NCBI RefSeq assembly: GCF_964355755.1
Contig: NC_092673.1
Span: 21,201,648 to 21,265,647, forward strand
Origin: Antedon mediterranea
Taxonomy: Eukaryota; Animalia; Echinodermata
DNA length: 64,000 nt
Reading direction: 5' to 3'
Of the stretch, positions 13,701 through 23,300 are shown piece after piece (positions within the stretch are counted from its first letter, which is position 1; every line of letters begins with the position of its first letter). Below the pieces are notes generated by a model. It saw only the letters and a list, made by a program, of their open reading frames with translations. It did no database searches and was not told the DNA's origin. A program made the translations under genes and the position numbers.

Positions 13701-15224
13701 GGATATCAATAAATAAACAAATTATCAGACTTTCCAATCTATAAAATGTTGTATGTATTGTTTCGTTCACAGTAAATTCATGAAAATGAGATTTAACACC
13801 AATGCACCAGGAGGAAGTGCACAAAGGTGGGATGTGTCCACATCTGTGCATGCCAAACAGAGGGACAGTTCTTCTTGCGGCATTTTTGTACTCAAGGTAA
13901 CTAATATCTAAAAGTAATATTAAATAATTATAATAATAAGGAAGATGTAATTGTCATAATGGTAATAAAATATTGGAAAATAAAATAGTTATTAAACCTG
14001 TTTTTTCCTAAGTTTGCAGAGGCTTTTATAGAAAGTAGAAGTTTAAAATTTGCAACAGACTCTACATCTATATTACAGTACAGGCATGAAATTGGAGTAC
14101 AGATATTGATGGCATCTGGTAAATTATAGTTTTATATTCTTGATATTTCAAATTTTACTAAAAACAAAAAAGTAACAAAAATGTCAGACAAAATGCCTAC
14201 CTAATGTTTTTTGTATTTACAAAAAAATCCTAATTTTTGAATTTATCTTTCAGAAAATTTAACACCATATTGCCGGTTTTGTGGTAATGAGGAGGTACCA
14301 AGTGGTCTGTATGAAGAAGAGACAAGACCCAAACCCAAATCAACACAGTGGGTGCGTAATTATCACTTTTTGGAATTTAATGATAATAATGCTACTAATT
14401 TCAAATGTTTTCTTTTTCTGGTTTTGATATTAAAATATTTATAGCTATAATTGTGAAGAGTTATCACTTAAGTCATCTATCAATACCACATACTAATATG
14501 AGAGATAGAAGGGAAGGGGGAGCAAGAGGGTGGTAATTTTTAAATAAATACCCCTATTTCATCTGCCTGTCTTTTTACCCCTTGAAATGTACTACCTTTT
14601 AGTCTTTAAACCGTTATGTATTCATTTTAATGTTGTTATCAACTATTCAGGGTACAATGCACAAATCTGTTTGAGATATAAAATCAAATTTCATTTTTAT
14701 TTGTTAAAAATTAGGTTGCATGTGACACATGTCACAAATGGTACCACCAGGATTGTTTAGATGTGCCAAAAACAAACTTTTCATCAGAAAAAAAATTCAT
14801 TTGCAACAGCTGCAAAAATGAACAGCAGCAGCAACAACAACATAAAAGAAAGCAGCAACACCCACAACAAAAACAAAAAGAGCCGCAGCAGCATCAACCA
14901 CAACAACCACAGCAGCAACCATATGAACTTGTAAATATAACTAACAGAATTAAAAAATGCAAGGGATGCAGAAATTATTTCAAAAAACCAGTAACTCCAC
15001 CATATGACTTAGTGATACGGCACAAAGAAAAACTACATTTTTACAATCCAAAAACTCAAACACAACAACTGGGAAATTTACAAAATGTTTATTATCACCC
15101 CAAAATTAAATGTGTGCAAATTTGCCACCCACAATTCCAGGCCAAAGACCTAGTCCTGTCAGAAGGAACAAAATTAAAGTCTGCCCACAGACATCTCCTA
15201 AAACGCAGGGGATGGGTGCTATAA
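1717..15224 (+). CDS. Ginger1-type transposase/integrase fused to a microexon-encoded acidic His-rich repeat linker, Ulp1 (peptidase C48) protease, PHD finger, Q-rich tract and C-terminal Cys/His finger (~1129 aa, ~45 exons)
   Basis: Manual splicing gives one frame. Integrase exons: 1717-1834, 2198-2388, 2618-2689, 3019-3252, 3368-3474, 3962-4136, 4356-4761. Microexons: 23 x 30 nt (4942-8052), 9873-9878, 9960-9989, 10218-10247, 10565-10591, 10944-10979, 11265-11300. Later exons: 11842-11957, 12310-12351, 12606-12686, 13045-13110, 13225-13313, 13773-13896, 14013-14118, 14254-14351, 14715-15224. All introns are GT-AG with consistent phases and no internal stop. Introns plus integrase+Ulp1+PHD and no RT/gag match the known Ginger1 architecture. 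Confidence 0.85.
4895..8073 (+). repeat. Tandem array of 23 x ~140-bp units, each a ~110-nt intron plus a 30-nt coding microexon (DDVTEPHHEP)
   Basis: Microexons start at 4942, 5082, 5222, 5365, 5505, 5645, 5788, 5928, 6068, 6207, 6347, 6487, 6627, 6767, 6911, 7051, 7191, 7331, 7471, 7611, 7751, 7891, 8023. Typical unit reads ...ttttgttaacag|ATGATGTTACAGAACCACAYCATGAGCCAG|gtaagttg. Two more units follow an insertion (9873-9878, 6 nt; 9960-9989). Confidence 0.95.
8978..9667 (+). mobile_element. Helentron-associated (HINE/DINE-1-like) non-autonomous element, family A copy 1
   Basis: 5' ACCTCCGCC with adjacent palindrome (ccaaggaggt); GTTT/GTCT microsatellite; 3' subterminal inverse GGCGGAGGT followed by hairpin cactct-c-agagtg and ctagtt; T-rich insertion site. 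Two more copies occur in the window. Confidence 0.7.
11842..14118 (+). other. Ulp1/SENP-like cysteine protease domain of the Ginger-like gene (7 exons)
   Basis: Spliced translation: DLSTIRDWLSDKVIDVFL...LHEPGHWTFI...YLNPLG...HAKQRDSSSCGIFVLKFAE...YRHEIG. This has the C48 family WL.D.VI motif, catalytic His (HW), Asn in place of Asp, oxyanion Gln and catalytic Cys. Confidence 0.85.
14254..15224 (+). other. PHD finger, Q/P-rich tract and C-terminal CxxC...HxxC finger of the Ginger-like gene
   Basis: YCRFCG...QWVACDTCHKWYHQDCLD...FICNSC (C4HC3 PHD); QQQQQQHKRKQQHPQQ...; KKCKGC...NVYYHPKIKCV. Confidence 0.88.
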
Positions 15225-15831
15225 CTATATTTTGAAATAATTTCTGCATCCCTTGCATGTTTTTAAATGTATTTTTATTTGTATATGTATTTGTATATGT
15301 ATTTTTAAAGGGACAGCTGGCCTTTGGGTCATAGAGATATTTTTTCTTTAGCTGTCCCTTACCATTTTTGGTAAATAAATAAATGAAAATACCGGTAGAG
15401 TATCACTAAAAAAAAATTTTAAATAAAAAATGTATACATTTATATACTTATATACATAGTATATTCATATATACTTGGAGTCGATTTTATATTACTGTAC
15501 TAGTTTATTCCACAAATTAGCTACCTGAAAGGGAAAACTTTAAAAAAAATTTATTATTAGGTGTTTGATCTATAAAATTATAATTTAATATCATGTTCTT
15601 TGAATAAATTTCTTGAATAATTTGGCATTGTGGTATAGAGCAATCTTAGTATAATTTTGGTGTTGAGATTAAATCTAGTTTAGATATATGTTACTAAAGC
15701 TTCAGAACTTTTACTGATATATGTTATGTTGGGAAAGAAATATTTACTTTTTTATGTAACCCTCGAATAAACGCCCCGGGCCATTAGTGTTGATATTTAA
15801 ATCTGAATAATTTTTGTTTCTGTGAGATCCT

Positions 15832-16215
15832 ATGATCATATTGTATATTTTTATGGTGCCAGTTTCAAGTTTAAGGCTAGATCAAACACTTGCAACATGC
15901 AAGTGGTCAAATGTAACCACCGGTATTTGCACACTATGTAACAATGGTGATTTTGAAGACATTCAGCATTTTGTTTTGAACTGTAATGCATTTGACAAAA
16001 TTAGAAAAGAAGAACTAAGAAAACTAGAAAATGATTTGACCCTCTGTGATGATTATGACATGGACATTATTTGTAAACGCAAATGATGAAAACAAATTAA
16101 GTTTTATCTTAGGAGGAGAGGATGTCTTTCTTTCTAATGAATCATACAATTTGTTTGATAAATTTTGTAAAACATTAAGTTCTGCATGGGAGAAACGGTA
16201 TTGTTGCTTGTAAAT
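15832..16215 (+). mobile_element. Degenerate 3' fragment of a non-LTR retrotransposon ORF2 (post-RT CCHC zinc finger)
   Basis: ICTLCNNGDFEDIQHFVLNCNAFDKIR matches the CxxC-x7-H-x4-C finger at the end of LINE ORF2; the frame is disrupted downstream. Confidence 0.6.
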
Positions 16216-17634
16216 AGTTCTTAGTTTAGTTATTCATATTTTTTTCTTAAAATACAATTTGAAACAAGTAAAATTCATTCAAAATATTTACAATTTATTA
16301 ACAGGACATTGGTACCTAGGGCATGGAAAAAAACACTTTATTTTCCTTGCTTATCAATAGACTCTATTTTTTTTATTACTGTATTTCATTTTTCGCATTT
16401 AATATTTTTCGTTGTTATAATTATTTGATGCTCTGTGTTTTTTATGCCATTTTAATTTTGAAACAACTCATGTTTGCTGTTAATAGTACTAAGTAATCTT
16501 ATTCATCGTAATGTTAACTTGTATGTAGTGTAAATGTAAAAAGGTTAAATATTGTAATTTTTCTTTCTATGTCAGTCGTTTAAAGTTAACGCACCTTTAC
16601 TTAAAAGTGTGCCGCTGTTATAAAGCAAAGTTCAAAAAATTATTATTGTTATTATGGTTTGTTAACATTCAAAGTTTTAAACATTTTTGGGCAAATTTTT
16701 ATCATCTCATTTGTGATTATAGGATAGGATAATTGTTTGTTAACTGGCAGTAAACAAAAATAACATCAAATTGTAAATACAACCAGAAACAATAAATACA
16801 ATTGAATAATATCATGCTTCCTAATTTATTTTTTTAGTATATTTTTACTAAGACTAGAGTGGAAATGTTTTTGGTTTTGCCAGCGCAAGAAACGCTAGTA
16901 ATAGTAAGATATCATGGCCTACTACTACTGGGATCCCTACTACTACTAGCTAGGCAGCTACAGTAGCAGATGCCTGCTTTCTTTCTGCAAACCATCATCC
17001 TGATTTTTCACGCCAAATAAACCAGAGAGAGTCATCTCTTTATTTAAGAAAGGTTCTAGTGACAATCTTGGAAACTATACAAAACTAATTAATCTCTTAA
17101 AAGTTAAGTAGCCTTCAATGATCATCAATTATTCAGGAAGAAGTACAGCACAACATTTTTGCATTTTTATAGACTTTTAAAAAGCCTTTGACTTATAAAA
17201 TATTAATACTGTTAGTAAATTGCAATACTCAGACATTCCAACCTAAATGAATTAAAAAATCGGGAGAGTATACCGCCACCAACGTTAACACTGTGAAATG
17301 CTATTTGTGCGTGTAAAAACGCGTCAGGGTATATGCGCGTATGCGTAAATCATAATTAATAACTTTTATTGTAGACACATGCTCGTGTTTATAATATCCC
17401 TATACGAGCTTTGATTGCACATCATCACATCACATATGTGGCTGCGTGTCCACCCACAAGGGTTAGTTTTAGGTCGATTATTTTTTAATTTAGGCCTAGG
17501 TTATTTGCAGATGCAGTTATTTGTTTATGATTTCTCTGGTAAGATTATTGATCTTTTTATAATAAATCATAATTTAAAACAAGAACAGCAGCAACAAGTA
17601 GGCCTACCAGGCTGGCTAGGAAGGCCTACTACGG

Positions 17635-19616
17635 TGTCAGATGAAATCGGTCGCGTCTGAAATCGGTCGCGTTTGAAATCGGTCGCGATTAAATCAACTT
17701 CCGGTATTTTGTATGGCGCGCCGCTAGAGCTATACGTTTAATGATATCGGTCGCGTTTGAAATCGGTCGCGCTATTTTGCATGGGACGCACTAGATACAT
17801 TTTTAATGAAAACGCTAATTATTATGTTTTTAGTTTATTTTGAATATAGAATTTCTAATACTATTAACATTTCTTTTACCTTGATCGTTATTATTTTTTT
17901 AGTACAGTAAATATAAATATTTATTTCGTTATTTATAAATAATTTGTGTTTTCATTTTATCCTACAGGTGTCAATGAATAATTGTAATGTGTTCGTTTAG
18001 AAAATCGTTTTAAAAAGTTTTTAAAAAGATTAGCATGCCACTGTTTAAAGTTTTAAAAATGTTGAAATGATTTAATATTAAACAAGTAGACGCGCGCGCC
18101 TATTGCGTATCACAGTTAATTACGAAACTAGTTCTATACCTGCAAGTGGATACCAGCCACGAGGTTTATGCAATAAATATGATGTATGACGATGATTTTT
18201 ACGTTCGATATCCACCACTCTTACGTGAGCATGGTTTTAGGATAATACTAATAAAATAATATGCCGTTATAAATCAATCTACCGGGCCTATACAGTAGGA
18301 CTATGCTGTACAGGACAGGACCACAATGCAAAACAAGTTTATTTCTACTTGATTGTGTTTTATCCTGTATAAATATGTTGTTAAATAAATAAATACAATA
18401 GGCCTAGATGTGAGAATAATAATGGATGGATAATAAAGGTGGGCAAGATTCTCAAAGAGGTAATCTTGCACTGATATTTAAACATTTAGATTTACGAACG
18501 GTGTACGGATATGAGACACTTGGTAGGCCTACTTAATTATTTACATTAAGTGATCATTATAAATGAAGAAATAAAAGATATTCAAATTAAAAACTATAGT
18601 ATCGCCGACGTATATACGTATTATATACATCGTTTCAAAATGGAACTAGGTTTCACAAAAACACGTGCAGGCCTATTGATGTTTCAACCGTATGGTTATT
18701 AGTAATAGGCCTAGTAGTATACGTCATCTTTACATGGCCATGGACAACGATCGTACGTGTTTTGTCCATGATTTGACACACTAGTGCGTGTTTTTTTTAA
18801 AGGGAATCCCCGTCAGCAAAATAACGTGCAGTTAACGTCTGCACGATCATAGAAGGTGCATCCACGATATGGCATATTTCGGGGTTTATTTCAGTAACTC
18901 GCCTTTAAACGATCCGCATATAATAATCATTTTTTACTAGAAAATATTTTAGGCCTAAACATTAGTAATAAAAATATACACGTGATTTGTCTCAACAATA
19001 ATCATTATAGGCCTATACTTAATATTATCCTACATAACGTACGGACATAAATAAAATAGAAATTAAAATTAGGTGATCCAATAATAGTAAGTTTTTAACG
19101 ACATGGATATTATCTGCCACAAAAATGGATATGCTGGCTTACAATTATTGTTTTTAAATAAATTGTTCTCTTTTACGTAATGGTTTGCATAATAAAAGAC
19201 ACAGACGTATATTCTCTATATATATTAATTACAGTACATAATAAAATAGAGGTAAATTATTATATGCCTAATAAAATATTTAAACGTGTTTAGAAATGGC
19301 CATTTTGAAAAGCACGTAGTCCTTCTTCTCTGAGACCTGTGTAATAAAATAAAATGATTGATAATAAACATTTATTAACCAAAATAAAAAATATCCACAT
19401 AAATAATCTAGTTCCTAAAAAATATCAATTAAATCTAGACTATATAAACGAAGAAAATGATTATCCCGCTAGCATGCATCTCGCTCCATAAAAAATAGCG
19501 CGACCGATTTCAAACGCGACCGATTTCAAACGTATAGCTCTAGCGGCGCGCCATACAAAATACCGGAAGTTGATTTTATCGCGACCGATTTCAAACGCGA
19601 CCGATTTCATCGTAAA
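17635..19616. mobile_element. ~2-kb non-autonomous DNA transposon with ~150-bp TIRs built from GAAATCGGTCGCG subrepeats (possibly Ginger-type)
   Basis: 17635-17785 is the near-perfect reverse complement of ~19485-19616 and includes caacttccggtattttgtatggcgcgccgctagagctatacgttt. The left end reads ACGG|TGT; the right terminus is degenerate (cgtaaa|cccc). No internal ORF. Confidence 0.8.
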
Positions 19617-19619
19617 CCC

Positions 19620-20035
19620 CTACCACTAGCTAACTATAAAGGCCTAAATAGCTAGGGCTAGCTTGAGTAGTAGGCCTAGGCTAGCTAGCTACTACTACTA
19701 GGGTAGGCTAGCCTAGGCCTACTACTAGTATTAGCCTAGGCTAGCTACTAGTAGCTAGGCCTAGCTAGGTCGGAAAGGAGGCTTCTTATTTATATCAATT
19801 ATATTTAAAATACAGTATTAATAATAATAGGTCCAATAGGTCTAGGTAGGCTAGGCTAGGCTATAAATTTAGCCTTGTTTTCCTATAATGCCTAGCCTAG
19901 TAACAGGGAGCTAAAATGCTCTAAACTATTTCTTTCCCTGCCTAGGCATAGGCCTAGGCCTAGGCCTAGGCCTTGATAGTTACAATTATAAAAACTCAGC
20001 TACAGTATTGCGTAGGCTTCTCTAGCCTTAGATGT
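19620..20035. repeat. (TAGGCC/CTAG)n low-complexity palindromic tract upstream of SIMC1-like exon 1
   Basis: Dense taggcctaggcctag / gctagctag runs; similar tracts at 20700-20845, 47400-47850, 52140-52240, 52610-52640 and 53840-54070. Confidence 0.7.
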
Positions 20036-20329
20036 AGTAGAGATCGAGGCTAGAGCGTTGTAGAGATCGAGAGGAGGCTAGAGCGTTGCTGCTGTGCTGA
20101 AGAGAACACCTCGACACACATAAAGACTAGAGAGGGGGGGTTGAAAATTATGGGCGGATTTATGTTAATAAATAACCGATGACGTCATTTGATTGACACA
20201 AGGGGGGTTGAGAATTATGGGGAGGTTGGATTTCTTAGAACAGTGGCACCAACAATGTCGTGAAAAAATAGCGAGGGAAAAAATGTTCTTAAAAAAAACA
20301 ATTCATTTCTTTCCAAATGCCAATCATTT

Positions 20330-23300
20330 ATGATCCTCGATACCTTAAGAAGGATGAATAACGGGCCCATTTTAATTAGTTCAGATTCTGATGATTCTGA
20401 AGATGATGATGATGATCTGGACTTGGTGGTCATTAACTCTTGGACATCGCCTACCAAAGCCAGGAAGGAGTCTTGTGATATAGGCCTAGGCCTAGGATTA
20501 CCAGACAGGCATAAGGCTACACCTAGGCCTAGGCTATGTCCAAAGTTGTTTAAAAATAGGCCTAGGCCTACAGCTATCTTAGGACCTATAATTGTCATAA
20601 GTGACGACGACAGTGACAGGACAACTGGAGATGAGTGTGTTGTATCCTCCGACTCAGAGTCGACAAAAGTAAGCAAATAATATAATAATTAATATAAATT
20701 AATACTACTAGGCTACTACTAGGCTAGGGCCAGCCTAGTAGTAGCTAGCTAGCTAGGCCTAGGCCGTAGTTAATACTGTAATAATAAATTATAACTCTAT
20801 AGGCCTGGCCCTAGCAGTATAGGCTAGGCGCCTAGCCTAGGCCTATTTTATTATAATAATTTTTACAGAATTGCAAGAAATTAGTTTTGTACTGTATTTT
20901 ATTTATATTTTGTATTGATGACACTCTATTCGACAAGCCAGAAGTTTATTGTAAAGTAATGATATAGATTTATAATTGAAAATTAATCAACCTTATTAGT
21001 ATCACAATTCAATTGTGTTTACGAATTTTCCCCAGAAAGGTCAATTGAAGAGATTTTCCAGATGTTTTTATGCCATTGGTCCATAATTAAACTCCAAAAG
21101 AAAACAGTTGATTTGACCTCTAACCATTCACATAAAACTATTAGATATTGACAGTTTTAAGCAGAGATTCGACAGGGCCAATTCATCATTGTAACCCCCC
21201 AGATAAGATCAATCACTCCCATCCAAACTACTGTACCTGGACAGAATTAGGACCAATCATTAAACTCACAGATAATGTAATGACAATGCTAATGAACTGA
21301 AGCCGATATATTCCCAAGTGTGAGAATAGCAAAGGCACACCTTACAGACACTTCTTCGAAGACACACCTCGCAGACACTTCTCGGAGCGCACACCTTACA
21401 GACACTTCTCGGAGAACACACCTCACAGACACTTCTTCGGAGCACACATCTTACCGACACTTCCTCAGAAGCACATCTACAGCCACATCTCACTTACAGC
21501 ATCAATCTTATACTTTGTTCCTGTTTCTTTATATTTGTATCGTATTGAATATTATAACGAATTATTGAATAAACAACTGTAATATTCAATCAACCAAGCG
21601 AGTAGAGTCTTTACAGTAAAACCTCCACACATTATATTATTATATTACATTATTGTTAGGCCTAGGCGAGGCCTAATGCACTTGTCAATTGTATGACCCA
21701 CTATACGATCCCCGGGAGAGATGCGTCATTATTATGTATTAAATAGCATTCATTACCAGCTTTATAACCATACTGTATATGGTAGGATTGTAAGCCAACC
21801 TACAGTATTGGTACATGCTGAACAGGGTGTACCAGTACCAATCAATGTACAAGAAATGATTTTCAAAAATGTTTGTGTAATACACTTACAGCCAGCGATG
21901 AAATCAAGGGAGGGACAACCGATAATTCAGTATTTTGCGAGCAACAATGGGATGGGGGCCAGGGGACCGCCTACGACCCCCGGCCGGGGTGCCCTGTGGA
22001 AGCTTTGGCGTTTCAGGGCAACCTAGATCATTTTAATCAGTTTACTGTACGTGCGCACAAATATGACAATGTTATTGGTAACACTAATTATACACTTCAA
22101 CAAAAGGTTTGCTCGAGAACGTTAGTTGCCGTAGACTTTGACCAGGTTCACCCCGCATACTACAGTATGTTTTCCTCAGTTCTTGCATTGTTGTGTGATA
22201 TCAAACTGCCTGTAGCGATGTTTGCAGCACTGCTGCGTCGGCTGTTCCCACGTCGTTTGTTTCAATTTTGTTGAAAACAAGTTGATAAAATTGCGATTTG
22301 ACGATTTGTTGTGAAGGGGACGATGTGTTTAAATTGTTTGTTTTTTTCCCTAAAAAATTACGGAGGGGGTGAGGTCAGTGTTCAACAACTGCTTATCAAA
22401 ATGATTAAATCTAAAATCTGTTTATTACAACTCTATGTAGAAACACTTTTATACTTATAGTTCTTTATATAGTAGTAGGCCCAGCCATATATGAAGTTCA
22501 CTACAGTATTTGTAGGTCAAGTCAACCAGGGTGATGTTTTATGTTTCATTAAACCATCCTTTTTCCCTTTCACACAATCTTTTCAGACAAGTGTGCGTTG
22601 TTTCTTTGTCTACTACCAGCAGATCTACTACCAGCAGAATAATAAAGCGACTTATAGGGGGATTGCATATGAGGTCAAAAGGTTATAAAAGTTGACTTCG
22701 CTACGCTCCAATGCTCATAGTTGCCATTTCTGGCATTATTATGCTTTTTGGCATTATTTAGAGGCCCACGGCATCTGGCATAATGCCGCGGCATTATTTA
22801 GCCGTTTTTAGCATAATCTGGCATAATTTTGTGTTTTTTGAACAACCAAAAAAATAATATACCACAGAACAAAAATAAAATATTTTGTTAATCTTGCAAT
22901 TTAATACATATCATCACCTTACACAATATCATATCGTACAAAACAGATCTGTTCGGGTTTTCGGTACAATAGTTCTTCCATCCTTTTGTTTCGGACTTAA
23001 ATAGACTCTTCGGATAGGAAGGCTGCTCGAAAACTACCGTGTGTGCGATATAGGCAGCACAGCAAATCCGAAGAGGCTAGCTATTGGCCAATTATGTTGC
23101 TCTATTTCAGAGACCATGCAGGTTATTGGATCCCCAGAATATAGAGACAATTGAACGAAAACATTATGAAAGGGGTTTTGTTGTTTCAGTTCATAATTAT
23201 AAGTGGCCGCACCCCTACCCCAACCCTTGAAATGGCAATTTCCAGTAACTAATTAGAAGCTCTAATTTTAAAAAGAATTTCTTCTAGGAGAATTTGTTTT

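Noticed and set aside
14651-14685. Possible alternative acceptor followed by VQCTN-like sequence before the PHD exon
   Set aside because: Out of phase with the upstream phase-0 donor and quickly hits a stop; the 14715 acceptor gives a complete PHD.
1717-15224. Assigning the symbol GIN1 or SENP
   Set aside because: Domain similarity only; orthology to vertebrate host genes cannot be shown and the architecture differs.
405-17294. Candidate termini of the Ginger element (ACGG|TGTTGTTC at 405-416; AACGTTAACA|CTGT at 17281-17294)
   Set aside because: The two ends are not inverted repeats of each other beyond TGTT and the flanking 4-mers differ, so no element boundary is claimed.
20215-20676. 153-aa minus-strand ORF
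   Set aside because: Antisense shadow of SIMC1-like exon 1 (Asp codons read as Ser runs).
21266-22274. ORFs of 75-133 aa in SIMC1 intron 1, including a Cys-rich repeat peptide
   Set aside because: Derived from a tandem repeat or non-coding TE-like sequence; no recognisable domain or convincing splice context.
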